Notes: a model not told the origin generated them from the sequence alone. Positions 29,540 through 39,593 are shown, counted from the first letter of the stretch. The stretch: 64,000 bases of DNA from an uncultured delta proteobacterium (GCA_963796685.1 CAWCMR010000009.1:160001-224000); one strand, 5' to 3'. Made by a program: numbers and translations.

Positions 29540-30910
29540 TCAACCTGGTGCAGCCACGTTCGTCGTCACGGAGGAGAAGACCTTCGGCGGCTCCACGCCG
29601 GCAGGAGGCCGAGGCGGAAGCTCGATGGTAACGGTGGTGCCTTGGCGCGGGACGCTCTCGTAACGGAGCCGCCCACCGTGCTGATGGATCAGGGCCCGGG
29701 CCACGGCGACCCCCAAGCCGCTGCCACCCTTGCGGGTGCTGAAAGGCGGTCTTTGCAGGCGTTCCAGGGTCGTATGGCACATGCCGAGCCCGTGGTCGAC
29801 GATGCGAATGACCAGAGAACCGGGCGCAGGCGTGGATGCCACGTCGATGGTGACGGCCTGTCCGGACGCCGAGGCCTGGACCGCGTTCATGGTCAAATAG
29901 AAGAGCGCGCGCTGCAGCTTGCGTGCGTCGGCCAACACCTCGAGCTCCGGTCGGCCGGTCACCTCGATGGTCACACCCGCCTCGGCCGCCCGCTCGTCGA
30001 GCAGCAGCTTCAGCTCGACGGCAAGGGCGTGCGGACACACCTGCCCGAGGTGCAGCTCGCCCAGGCCGCGCGACAGCGACAGGAAGCTGTCCACGATCGA
30101 CTCCAGACGATCGGCCTCCGTCGATACCACCTCCAGCCGCTGCACGGTGCGCGGGTCGAGGGTCGGGCAGCGCGCCATGTGAGCCGAGAGTGCCTTGATC
30201 GAGGCCAGCGGGTTCTTCATCTCGTGGGCGAGGTTTGCGGCCGCGCCCTCCAGCTCGCGCATGCGGTCCTCGCCCACCGAGCACAGCTCTTCCCTGCGGT
30301 GACCCAGCTCGACGGCAACCTTGGCATAGGCGGCCGTGACGAGCCCCCAGAACCCGGCGACGTTCACCACGGTGATCAGAAGCGAGCTGGCGACAATCAC
30401 GAGGTAGTCGATGGAAGGCCTTCCGTCGACCGGAGCGATGGGGGCCACCAGCCGCCCGATCGGCAAGGTCGACAGCGCGGCGACGCCCAAAAGCACAAGC
30501 GTAGCCCCCCCGGCGAAAAGCACCCGCAGCCGTCCGGTATCGAAGACCAGCAAGGCCGGAAGGACGATACCTAGCCCCAGCGGCAAGAGCGGGCTCTGCA
30601 GCCCTCCGGTGTTGACCGACCACGCCCCAAACGAAAGCAGAGAGCAGAACAGGAGGCGCATCTTGCTTCGCTCGGAGATCGGGAAACCCGGGCTCCGACA
30701 AGCGGCGAGGTAGAAGAGACAGATGGCGGCGTGTGCGGCCAACCTTTCGGCGGGGAAACCGCGAAGGCCGAGGAGGAGCATCGTGGCAATCTGCAGAACG
30801 ATGACCAACGAATGCCGGGTTCGGGCCAGGCCCTGCGCCATCTCGGTAGGGGGCGAGCGCAGCACGTGATGACGTGCACGCCGTCGAAGCTCCGAGGCGC
30901 TGGGCTGCAT
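29540..30910 (-). CDS. Multi-TM sensor histidine kinase
   Basis: About six hydrophobic segments, AHEMKNPL, DHGLG, PFSTRKGGSGLG; start codon uncertain. Confidence 0.92.
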   Translation of the reverse strand: MQPSASELRRRARHHVLRSPPTEMAQGLARTRHSLVIVLQIATMLLLGLRGFPAERLAAHAAICLFYLAACRSPGFPISERSKMRLLFCSLLSFGAWSVNTGGLQSPLLPLGLGIVLPALLVFDTGRLRVLFAGGATLVLLGVAALSTLPIGRLVAPIAPVDGRPSIDYLVIVASSLLITVVNVAGFWGLVTAAYAKVAVELGHRREELCSVGEDRMRELEGAAANLAHEMKNPLASIKALSAHMARCPTLDPRTVQRLEVVSTEADRLESIVDSFLSLSRGLGELHLGQVCPHALAVELKLLLDERAAEAGVTIEVTGRPELEVLADARKLQRALFYLTMNAVQASASGQAVTIDVASTPAPGSLVIRIVDHGLGMCHTTLERLQRPPFSTRKGGSGLGVAVARALIHQHGGRLRYESVPRQGTTVTIELPPRPPAGVEPPKVFSSVTTNVAAPG

Positions 30911-30977
30911 GAGACTACAGTCAAGCAAACTTCGTGCGCGTTTGCCACGGCCAAAGATGTCCGCAACGTTTCCAAGA

Positions 30978-30997
30978 CCTGTCGGAAAGGTGACAGG
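30978..30997. promoter_or_regulatory. Palindromic operator between divergent kinase genes
   Basis: CCTGTC-GGAAAGGT-GACAGG, a perfect inverted repeat with N8 spacer. Confidence 0.55.
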
Positions 30998-31041
30998 TCT
31001 TATCTGCTTTTGTACGCCGACACCGGAATGTCATTTGACCC

Positions 31042-31923
31042 ATGGCCGACGCGTGCCATCTTTCGCGTGAGCTTGGGGCGATGTTGCCGATGCACCAAAG
31101 AACCGCCGAGGATTCCGAGGAAGACGCCGTCCTCCCCGCCGTCGGCGTGCGTGATCGCGTGGCGCGACCACAGCCGGGTTTGCAGGAGCTGACCCACGCG
31201 CTCGCCTTGCGCGAAGAGGCCATGGGGATACTCGGCCACGAGCTGCGCAATCCTCTGAGCGCCATCGTCGCGCTGGCACGGGCCACCATGGGAAGCGAGG
31301 GGCTTCCGGCCGAGGCACGCCAACGGCTGGCCCACATGGATCGCGCCGCCCGGCGATCGCTGTCGATGATCGAAGTGCTGCTGGATTTCGGGGAAAGCCG
31401 CTGGCAAGGGCCGCTCGACCTCCGAGTGACGCCTTGCGATCTGGCCGCCATTGCGGCCGAGGTCGTAGAAGAGACCCGGGCCGCCAATCCCGGCCGGGTC
31501 ATCGAGCTCGAGGTGCGCAGTGCCGCCTCATTCGTCGTCGATCCGCTGCGCATCGCTCAGGTGCTCGTCAATTTGATAGGCAACGCGCTCGTCCACGGCT
31601 TCCCGCACACGCCAGTGCAGGTCACGGTGGAGGTCTGCAACGGGGAGGCTTTGCTCGCCGTTCGCAATCACGGGCCGGTCATCCCGCCCGACCAGGTGCC
31701 AACGCTGTTCGAACCGTTCACCCGGGCCGGTGGAGGGGCCGGCGAAAGCGACGTCACGGCGATCCGGACCACGCCTGGCCTCGGTCTTGGCCTCTACATC
31801 GTGCGCACCATCGTCCACGCTCACGGGGGAAGCATCGAGGTTGTGTCGGACGTCGAAAGCGGGACCAGCTTCCTCGTGCGCTTGCCCCAACCCGGTCCGA
31901 AACCGCTGCAAGATCCCGCCTAG
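31042..31923 (+). CDS. Cytoplasmic histidine kinase (HisKA + HATPase only)
   Basis: GHELRNPL, NLIGNA, NHGP.IP, LFEPF, GLGLGL; no TM or sensor domain; start uncertain. Confidence 0.88.
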   Translation: MADACHLSRELGAMLPMHQRTAEDSEEDAVLPAVGVRDRVARPQPGLQELTHALALREEAMGILGHELRNPLSAIVALARATMGSEGLPAEARQRLAHMDRAARRSLSMIEVLLDFGESRWQGPLDLRVTPCDLAAIAAEVVEETRAANPGRVIELEVRSAASFVVDPLRIAQVLVNLIGNALVHGFPHTPVQVTVEVCNGEALLAVRNHGPVIPPDQVPTLFEPFTRAGGGAGESDVTAIRTTPGLGLGLYIVRTIVHAHGGSIEVVSDVESGTSFLVRLPQPGPKPLQDPA

Positions 31924-31937
31924 CGCGGGCCATTCCT

Positions 31938-31960
31938 GGCAGCGCCGGGCTGCCTTCTTT
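31938..31960 (+). terminator. Putative intrinsic terminator
   Basis: GGCAGC-gccgg-GCTGCC followed by TTCTTT. Confidence 0.4.
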
Positions 31961-31987
31961 CCGACAGGTGTTGTCCGTTTGCCGACG
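31951..31987. promoter_or_regulatory. Tandem UAS (TGYC-N8-GACR x2)
   Basis: TGCC-N8-GACA (31951) and TGTC-N8-GACG (31972), 21 bp apart. Confidence 0.55.
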
Positions 31988-32049
31988 GACCGGGCGACTG
32001 TAGGCGCGCGATACCTCGTTCAGCGCCTTGATCCAAGGTAGCGCAAGGT

Positions 32050-32065
32050 AGGCCCGGCGGTTGCA
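32050..32065 (+). promoter_or_regulatory. sigma54 promoter of the mexEF-like operon
   Basis: AGGCCCGGCGGTTGCA (GG-N10-GC). Confidence 0.65.
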
Positions 32066-32096
32066 TCGGAGACGAGCCAACAATCGGAGAGCTCAC

Positions 32097-33260
32097 ATGC
32101 GAACGTTCAATTCTACGTCCAATGCCATGTGGCGCGTCATGCTGGGCGCGCTGTGGTTTGCTTCCGGGTGCCGTGTGGCCTACACGGCGCCAGCGGCCCC
32201 TCTGCCCGCGGTCACCGTGGCGGAAGTCGAAGAGCACAAGGTCGCGGATTGGGATGAATTCATTGGACGCTTCGACGCGGTCAATTCGGTCGAGATCCGC
32301 CCGCGCGTCTCGGGAACCGTCGAACGCGTGCTGTTTCAGGAAGGCAAGGAAGTGCGCAAGGGCGACCTTCTCTTTCAGATAGACCCGCGTCCGTACCGGG
32401 CCGCGCTGGCACGCGCCCAAGCCGAGCTTGCGGAAGCCCGAAGCACGGCGACGCTGGCAACCCGCTCCCTCGATCGATCGAAGCATCTGATTGCGGCCGA
32501 CGCCACGACGCGCGCGGATTTTGACGACCACACCGCCGGGTCCGAGCGGGCCGAGGCTGCCGTGAACGCGGCCGAGGCCGCAATAACCATGGCACGCCTC
32601 AATCTCGAATGGACACAGGTACGCTCGCCGATTCGCGGGCGGGTGGGCCGCGCCGAGATCACGACGGGCAACCTGGTACAGGCCGGTGCCTCGCGCCTGA
32701 CCACGGTGGTTTCGAGCGATCCCATCTACGTCTACTTCGACGCGGACGAGCGCAGCTACCTCAGGATGGTGGCGCACCAGCGGGCGTCCAAGGACGAGCA
32801 CATCCCCATCGTGATGGGTATGGCGGACGAAGAGGCCCGCTTCCCGCATCAGGGCCACCTCGACTTCATCGACAACCGGCTGGATCCGAGCACCGGCACC
32901 GTGCGAGCGCGGGCCGTGTTTACCAACAAAGATCAACGTTTCACACCCGGGCTGTTCGCGCGCCTCAAGGTGCTGGACAGCAACGAATATCTCGCCCCAG
33001 TGGTGAACGACCGCGCGATTGGAACCGATCAGGACAAGAAGTTCGTGCTGGTGCTCAAGCACGACAGCACGGTGGAGTACCGCCCGATTGAGCTGGGACG
33101 GCTGGTGGACGGCTATCGGGTGGTCACCAAGGGCCTCGAGCCGCACGAGAAGATCGTCGTCAATGGCCTACAACGGGTGCGGCCGGGCGCCAAGGTCGCC
33201 GCAACCCTGGGCCCCATGCTTGCGCAAGCGGAGCACGAGCATCCGAGCGCAAATCCCTAG
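32097..33260 (+). CDS. RND efflux periplasmic adaptor (MexE-like lipoprotein)
   Basis: ASGC lipobox; WDEF.GR..AV.SVEIRPRVSG, LFQIDPRPY.A, FIDN.LD..TGT, FTPGLFAR, AIGTDQ.KKFV, NGLQRVRPG. Confidence 0.92.
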   Translation: MRTFNSTSNAMWRVMLGALWFASGCRVAYTAPAAPLPAVTVAEVEEHKVADWDEFIGRFDAVNSVEIRPRVSGTVERVLFQEGKEVRKGDLLFQIDPRPYRAALARAQAELAEARSTATLATRSLDRSKHLIAADATTRADFDDHTAGSERAEAAVNAAEAAITMARLNLEWTQVRSPIRGRVGRAEITTGNLVQAGASRLTTVVSSDPIYVYFDADERSYLRMVAHQRASKDEHIPIVMGMADEEARFPHQGHLDFIDNRLDPSTGTVRARAVFTNKDQRFTPGLFARLKVLDSNEYLAPVVNDRAIGTDQDKKFVLVLKHDSTVEYRPIELGRLVDGYRVVTKGLEPHEKIVVNGLQRVRPGAKVAATLGPMLAQAEHEHPSANP

Positions 33261-33277
33261 GCCGAACTGGAGACAGC

Positions 33278-36200
33278 ATGCGTTTTTCTCGCTTTTTCAT
33301 CGACCGGCCCATCTTCGCGGCCGTGCTTTCCATCGTCATCTTCATCGCCGGGGCGGTCTCCATCTTTCGCCTGCCCGTGAGCGAGTATCCCGAGGTGGTG
33401 CCTCCCTCCGTGGTCGTGCGCGCGGTCTACCCGGGCGCCAATCCGCGCGTGCTCGCCGAGTCGGTGGCGGCCCCGCTCGAAGAGCAGATCAACGGCGTCG
33501 AGGACATGCTCTACATGTCGTCGCAGGCCACCGCGGACGGCGCCCTCAGCCTGACCGTGACCTTTCACGTGGGAACCGACGTGGATCTGGCGCAGGTGCA
33601 CGTGCAGAACCGGGTCAGTCAGGCGCTTCCGCGTCTGCCCGACGAGGTCCGACAGCTCGGCGTCACCACGATCAAGAGCTCGCCCAACATCACCATGGTC
33701 GTGCACTTGGTGTCGCCCGACAACCGCTACGACATGGTTTACCTGCGCAACTACGCCGTCCTGCAGGTCAAAGACGCGCTGGCACGCATTCCGGGCGTCG
33801 GCCAGGTCAACATCTTCGGCGCGGGCGATTACGCGATCCGGGTGTGGCTGGATCCCGACAAGGTGGCCTCGCGCGGCTTGTCGGCCAGCGATGTGGTCAG
33901 AGCCATCCGCGAACAGAACGTGGAGGTCGCGGCCGGCGTGGTGGGTGGGATGCCCATGCCCAAAGCGGTCGACTACACCCTGACCGTCAATGCCCGCGGG
34001 CGCCTCACCAGCGAGCAGGAATTTCGCGACGTCGTGATCAAGACCGGCGCGGACGGACAGATCACCAGGCTCGGCGACGTGGCCCGCGTGGAGTTGGGCG
34101 CCGGCAGCTACTCGCTGCGCTCGATGCTGGACAACAAGGATGCGGTCGCGCTCGGCATCTTCCAGGCGCCCGGCTCGAACGCGCTGCGGGTTTCCACCGC
34201 GGTCCGCGAGACCATGGCCGAGCTCTCGCGCAACTTCCCGCAAGGGGTCGAGTATCGCGTGGTCTACGATCCCACCACCAACGTGCGCGAGGGCATCGCC
34301 GAGGTGGCCAAGACCCTGTTCGAGGCCATCGGGCTGGTCGTGCTGGTGGTGGTGCTGTTTCTGCAGACCTGGCGCGCGTCGATCATCCCGCTGTTGGCGG
34401 TTCCCATCTCGATCGTCGGTACGTTCGCCATCATGTCGATATTCGGATTCTCCATCAACACGCTGTCGCTCTTCGGGTTGGTGCTGGCCATTGGCATCGT
34501 GGTCGACGACGCCATCGTGGTAGTCGAGAACGTCGAACGTGGCATCGAGGAGGGACTGTCCCCTCGCGAGGCGAGCTATCGCGCCATGGCGGAGGTCAGT
34601 CGTCCCATCATCGCCATCGCGCTGGTGCTGTGCGCGGTCTTCGTCCCGGTGGCCTTCGTCAGCGGCTTGACCGGTCAGTTCTACCGTCAGTTCGCCCTCA
34701 CCATCGCCTTCTCCACCGTGATCTCCGCCTTCAACTCGCTCACCCTGTCTCCCGCTCTCAGCGCCATTCTGCTGCCGCGCCACGGGGCCAAGCCCGATTG
34801 GCTGACCCGTTTGCTCGACCTCACCTTCGGCTGGCTGTTCCGCGCTTTCAATCGCCTTTTCAAGCGGGGCTCCCAGCGCTACACCCGCACCGCCGGCGGT
34901 TTGATTCGCCACCGTGGGCTCGCCTTCGGCGCCTATCTTGTCCTGATCGCCGCCACGGCGCTGGGATTCGCCCGGCTGCCGAGCGGATTCGTGCCTACCC
35001 AGGACAAGAGCTATCTCATCGCCTTTGCCCAACTCCCCGACGGTGCCACGCTGGATCGAACCACCGACGTGGTCAAGCGGATGGCCGACATCGGGCTCAA
35101 GCAGCCCGGAGTCGCGGGCGCGGTTCAGTTCCCCGGTCTTTCCATCAACGGCTTCGTCAACGCGTCCAACGCCGGCATCATCTTCTTCGTCCTGAAGCCG
35201 TTCGACGAGCGCGAAAGCAAGCCCCTGTACGGGCCCGCCATCGCGGGAGCCCTGAACGCAAGATTTGCGAGCATCCAGGATGCCTTCGTGGCCGTCTTTC
35301 CGCCGCCACCGGTGATGGGCCTCGGTACCGTCGGAGGTTTCAAGCTCGAGCTCGAAGACCGAGCTGGCCTCGGGGAGGAGGCGCTCGGCAAGGCCAGCCA
35401 GGCGCTCCTCGCCAAGGCCTACCAGACGCCGACCCTGGCCGGGCTCTTCTCCGGCTACCGTCGCAACGTGCCCCAGGTGGACGTCCAGGTCGATCGCGAG
35501 AAGGTCAAGCAGCTCGGAGTTCCGCTGACCGAGCTCTTTCAGACCATGCAGATCTACCTTGGGTCGGTGTACGTCAACGACATCAATCGCTTCGGCCGAA
35601 CCTACCAAGTCCTGGTTCAGGCCGACGCCCCCTTCCGCGCGACTTCGGACAGCATCGCGCAATTGAAGGTGCGAAACAACCGGGGGGACATGGTGCCCCT
35701 CGGATCCCTGGTGAAGGTCACGCCGTCGCGTGGGCCTGACCAACAGCTTCACTACAACGGCTATCCCGCGGCGGACATCAACGGTGGCCCGGCGCCCAGG
35801 GTGAGCTCGGGCGCGGCCGTGGCGACCATGGAACGCATCGCGAAGCAGACCCTGCCCAACGGCATCGGGTTCGAGTGGACCGACCTGACCTACCAGCAGC
35901 AGCTCGCCGGCGACACCACGCTGCCGGTGTTTCTCTTGTGCGTGCTGCTGGTGTTCCTGGTGCTGGCCGCGCAGTACGAGAGCTGGTCGCTGCCGGCGGC
36001 GGTGATCCTGATTGTGCCTCTGTGTCTGATGTGCGCGGCGGCCGGCATCTGGCTTACCGACGGCGACAACAACATCTTCACCCAGGTCGGGTTCCTGGTC
36101 CTCATCGGGCTTGCGTGCAAGAACGCCATCCTCATCGTCGAGTTTGCCCGCGAGCTCGAACGCGAAGGGCGTTCCACCGTCCAGGCGGCCATGGAGGCCG

Positions 36201-36460
36201 CGGGCATCCGCCTGCGTCCCATCCTCATGACCTCGTTCGCCTTCATCATGGGCGTCATCCCGCTGGTGATCTCCTCGGGTGCGGGAGCCGAGATAAGGCA
36301 GGCCATGGGCATCGCCGTGTTCTCCGGCATGCTGGGCGTGACCTTCTTCGGCCTGGTGCTGACTCCGGTGTTCTACGTGCTCGTGCGCAAGCTGGCTGCC
36401 CGTCGCCTGCGTAGCGCAGAGCCTCAGGTGGCGCCGTCCCAAGCACTGGCCGACGGGTGA
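33278..36460 (+). CDS. Multidrug RND permease (MexF/BpeF-like, HAE1)
   Basis: FFIDRPIFAAVLS, LPVSEYPEVVPP, LAIGIVVDDAIVVVENVER, GLACKNAILIVEFA, RLRPILMTS. Confidence 0.95.
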   Translation: MRFSRFFIDRPIFAAVLSIVIFIAGAVSIFRLPVSEYPEVVPPSVVVRAVYPGANPRVLAESVAAPLEEQINGVEDMLYMSSQATADGALSLTVTFHVGTDVDLAQVHVQNRVSQALPRLPDEVRQLGVTTIKSSPNITMVVHLVSPDNRYDMVYLRNYAVLQVKDALARIPGVGQVNIFGAGDYAIRVWLDPDKVASRGLSASDVVRAIREQNVEVAAGVVGGMPMPKAVDYTLTVNARGRLTSEQEFRDVVIKTGADGQITRLGDVARVELGAGSYSLRSMLDNKDAVALGIFQAPGSNALRVSTAVRETMAELSRNFPQGVEYRVVYDPTTNVREGIAEVAKTLFEAIGLVVLVVVLFLQTWRASIIPLLAVPISIVGTFAIMSIFGFSINTLSLFGLVLAIGIVVDDAIVVVENVERGIEEGLSPREASYRAMAEVSRPIIAIALVLCAVFVPVAFVSGLTGQFYRQFALTIAFSTVISAFNSLTLSPALSAILLPRHGAKPDWLTRLLDLTFGWLFRAFNRLFKRGSQRYTRTAGGLIRHRGLAFGAYLVLIAATALGFARLPSGFVPTQDKSYLIAFAQLPDGATLDRTTDVVKRMADIGLKQPGVAGAVQFPGLSINGFVNASNAGIIFFVLKPFDERESKPLYGPAIAGALNARFASIQDAFVAVFPPPPVMGLGTVGGFKLELEDRAGLGEEALGKASQALLAKAYQTPTLAGLFSGYRRNVPQVDVQVDREKVKQLGVPLTELFQTMQIYLGSVYVNDINRFGRTYQVLVQADAPFRATSDSIAQLKVRNNRGDMVPLGSLVKVTPSRGPDQQLHYNGYPAADINGGPAPRVSSGAAVATMERIAKQTLPNGIGFEWTDLTYQQQLAGDTTLPVFLLCVLLVFLVLAAQYESWSLPAAVILIVPLCLMCAAAGIWLTDGDNNIFTQVGFLVLIGLACKNAILIVEFARELEREGRSTVQAAMEAAGIRLRPILMTSFAFIMGVIPLVISSGAGAEIRQAMGIAVFSGMLGVTFFGLVLTPVFYVLVRKLAARRLRSAEPQVAPSQALADG

Positions 36461-36491
36461 TACCCGAGGCGCGGCCATGCATCCAAGGCGT

Positions 36492-37602
36492 ATGGCCAAT
36501 CCAACTCGCACCATCGCAAGCCTCACCGACTACGCACTGCTCGGCCGGAGCGGCCTGCGCGTCTCGCCCATCTGCCTGGGAACCATGACCTTCGGCACGG
36601 AGTGGGGCTGGGGAGCACCGAAGGATACTGCCTTCGCCCTACTCGACCGCTACCTCGAAGCGGGCGGCAACTTTGTCGACACGGCCGACGCTTACACCGG
36701 CGGCACCAGCGAAACCTTCATCGGAGAGTACCTGTCCGCACGCGGCTTGCGCGACCGAGTCGTGCTGGCGACCAAGTTCACCTTCAATTCCGCCCCTGGC
36801 GATCCGAATGCGGGTGGCAACGGGCGCAAGAACATCTACCGTGCCCTCGAGGCGTCGCTGCGCCGGCTGAAGACCGACTACGTCGATCTGTACTGGCTGC
36901 ATGCCTGGGATGGGCTCACGCCGGTCGAAGAGGTCATGCAGACGCTGGCGGACCTGGTACGGGCCGGCAAGATCCGCTACATCGGTCTGTCCGACACGCC
37001 GGCTTGGTACCTCGCGCGCGCGCAGACCCTCGCCGAGCTGCGCGGACTTCCCATGATCGTTGCCCTGCAGCTCGAGTACTCGCTGGTCGAACGCAACATC
37101 GAGCGCGAGCACATTCCGGCCGCGCTGGAGCTGGGTATGGGCGTCTGCCCGTGGAGCCCTCTCGCGAGCGGGATGTTGTCGGGGAAGTACGCCCGCAACG
37201 GCACCGCGGCGACCGGCGCCGGCCGCCTCGAGTCAGTGCAGAAATCAGGCAATCCGGCCATCCTCAAGATTCTCACGGAAAAGAACTGGCGCATCGTCGA
37301 TGCCCTGGTGGCCGGCGCAAAGGAGGTCGGCAAGACGCCGGCCGAGGTTGCGCTCAACTGGGTCACCAAGCGCCCCGGCGTGAGCCTCGACCATCATCGG
37401 CGCGACCAAGCTCGATCAACTCGACGCGAACCTGCGCGCGCTGGACTTCGAGCTTCCGGGCGAGCTCTCGGCGAGGCTGGAGTCGCTCGGGCGCCCCGAG
37501 GCCGTGCACCCATACTTCTTCTTCGAGCCCGCGATGCGCGCCATGCTGACCGGCGGCACCAACATCCGGCGCGAGCCCGCCTGGTTCCGCATGCCCTGCT
37601 GA
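36492..37602 (+). pseudogene. Aldo/keto reductase, frameshifted (or sequencing error)
   Basis: LGRSGLRVSPICLGTMTFG, DTADAY, LATKF, LKTDYVDLYWLH. One extra base near 37383-37386 breaks PGVS|STIIGATKLDQLDANL, which continues to TGA 37600-37602. Confidence 0.85.
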
Positions 37603-37725
37603 CAGGAACTACCGTTTGTTCTGATTATCCTTGGTGCAGTGGCGCGGGCCGTGCGTTTCCGTTTCGCTGATCCTCCGCAGCAAAAAGAATGGGCCTGGCA
37701 CCGACGGGTTGGCCCCTCTATTCGC

Positions 37726-37755
37726 GTGACAAGAATCTCCTCTCCACGACACTAT
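37726..37755 (+). promoter_or_regulatory. Putative ECF promoter (shared motif copy 1)
   Basis: GTGACA-N16-GACACTAT ends 6 nt before ATG 37762. Confidence 0.55.
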
Positions 37756-37761
37756 CCAGTC

Positions 37762-39354
37762 ATGAATACTCGATCCGCGCTCGTTCTGTCGTTGGGGGCC
37801 ATCTTGGCCAGTACGCTGCCAGCCGCGTCTGCCAGGGCGGCGTCGTTGCAGCAGGTCAGCAACTGGGCCGGCGGCACGAGCTTGCCATCGGACGTGAGCA
37901 TGTATGTCTATGTCCCGGACAAGGTGGCCACGAACCCTCCACTTCTGACCCTTATCCACTATTGCGGGGGAAGCGCCCAAGCAGTCCTTGGCCAGGCGAC
38001 GGGTAACGGCACCACAAACGGCGGTATCAAACAGGCGGCGGACCAATACGGATTCATCATGGTCGTCCCTAGCAACGCGAACGCATCGGGTGCGAATGGG
38101 AGGTGCTGGGACGTCACCTCTAGCAAAACCCACACGCGCGACGGTGGGGGCGACAGTCACGCCATCGCCCAAATGGTCAGGTACGCGATCACCCAGTATC
38201 ACGCCAACGCGGAACGCGTCTATTCGACGGGAGACTCGTCGGGCGCCATGATGACCGAGCTTCTGCTCGCTCTTTACCCGGACATCTACAAGGCCGGCGC
38301 CGCGTTTGCCGGGGTGCCGGCCGGATGCTCGAACGAGTTCGACGGATCGGGCCTGTGCGGCCTGCCAGCTCAAACCGCACAGCAATGGGGCGATCGCGTG
38401 CGCCTCATGGATCAGGGATATTCTGGCCATCGCCCGCGCGTTCAGCTCTTCCACGGCGATGCGGACGGGACCATCACGTACAAGAACTTGGCCCAAGCCA
38501 TCAATGAGTGGACCAACGTTCTCGGTCTCGCTGCGACTCCGACGTCGACGAGCAGCGGCCTGACGCTTGGAACCCATCAAGCCTCGGAACAGCAGTGGAA
38601 GAATTCGTGCGGCTATGTGGTCCTGGACGCACTCACGTCGATCGGCGGCGATCACGGCCCATCGGACGCCCTGTTCGAAGGCAAGTATGTGCTGCCATTC
38701 CTGGGGCTTGACAGCCAAGCCGCAACCGCCGCGGCAGTCGATCCCGAAATCGCACAGTGCGGTGGCGACGCTGGCGCGCCCACCGGCGACGCGGGCAGCG
38801 ATGCAAGCAAGACGGACATCGGTGCCGCCGGTGGTAGCAGCGGTGGGGGTGGCAGCAGCGGTAGAGGCGGCAGCGGCGGCGGCAGCGGCAGCGGCGGCAG
38901 CAGTGGCAGCGGCGGCAGCAGCGGCAAGGGCGGCAGCAGTGGCAGCAGTGGCAGCAGTGGCAGCGGCGGCAGCAGCGGCAAGGGCGGCAGCAGCAACAGC
39001 GGCGGCAGCAACAGCGGCGGGGCACAGGAAAGCGGTGGGACACCGGGTAGCGGTGGCGGCCAAGGCACCGGCGGCAGCGGCAACGGCGGTGCGCCAGGCT
39101 CGGGCGGTGCGACAGGAAGTGGTGGCAGGTCAGCGAGTGGTGGAAGCGCAGGCGGAACGTCGAGCAGCGGTGGGGCGGCTGGTAGCTCCTCCGCGGGAGT
39201 AGGTTCCGGAGCGAATGGATGCAGCTGCGCTCTCGGCAAGCCTCATTCGAGGCAGGGCGCGAGCCTCGCAACGTTTGCGCTGGCATTTGCCGCAGCAGCT
39301 TTCCTGCGCCGGCGGCGGCGAACGATGCGGAAGCCTGGCGAAGTCAAGGCGTGA
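37762..39354 (+). CDS. PHB-depolymerase-family / acetylxylan esterase (CE1) with Gly/Ser tether and MYXO-CTERM
   Basis: Signal peptide; MYVYVPD, IHYCGG, RCWDV, GDSSGAMM, QLFHG.AD, QAINEWTNV; C-terminal GCSC + TM + RRRRR. Confidence 0.9.
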   Translation: MNTRSALVLSLGAILASTLPAASARAASLQQVSNWAGGTSLPSDVSMYVYVPDKVATNPPLLTLIHYCGGSAQAVLGQATGNGTTNGGIKQAADQYGFIMVVPSNANASGANGRCWDVTSSKTHTRDGGGDSHAIAQMVRYAITQYHANAERVYSTGDSSGAMMTELLLALYPDIYKAGAAFAGVPAGCSNEFDGSGLCGLPAQTAQQWGDRVRLMDQGYSGHRPRVQLFHGDADGTITYKNLAQAINEWTNVLGLAATPTSTSSGLTLGTHQASEQQWKNSCGYVVLDALTSIGGDHGPSDALFEGKYVLPFLGLDSQAATAAAVDPEIAQCGGDAGAPTGDAGSDASKTDIGAAGGSSGGGGSSGRGGSGGGSGSGGSSGSGGSSGKGGSSGSSGSSGSGGSSGKGGSSNSGGSNSGGAQESGGTPGSGGGQGTGGSGNGGAPGSGGATGSGGRSASGGSAGGTSSSGGAAGSSSAGVGSGANGCSCALGKPHSRQGASLATFALAFAAAAFLRRRRRTMRKPGEVKA

Positions 39355-39364
39355 AGCAGGCACC

Positions 39365-39531
39365 CTAGGAGGCTGGTGCTAAATGGCGGACCGAGCTTCT
39401 GGCGAGGCGAGGAGCCCCGGCCGCGAGGCGCGAGGAGGGCGAATACTGGACGTATTTAACCGACGAGCAACGAAGCGGGCGGGGCCCGCAGCCCGCCAAG
39501 CGACGGGAGCCGTTTGACACCAGCCTCCTAG
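39365..39531. mobile_element. MITE / palindromic repeat element (167 bp)
   Basis: Ends CTAGGAGGCTGGTGCTAAATGGC and GCCGTTTGACACCAGCCTCCTAG are inverted repeats (first 14 bp perfect); no coding capacity. Confidence 0.75.
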
Positions 39532-39593
39532 TCCCGCAATCGCTGCAGAAGCTCGCACCGTGGTAACGGTGTGTTCGATGTCTGCGTGTACGT

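Noticed and set aside
33257-36526. 1089-aa antisense ORF, and similar long ORFs opposite czcA, the kinases and the GH genes
   Set aside because: Shadow frames of high-GC genes; no motifs, and each fully overlaps a well-supported CDS.
38860-39020. Short repeats as a CRISPR array
   Set aside because: Coding microsatellite-like linker with no unique spacers and no cas genes.
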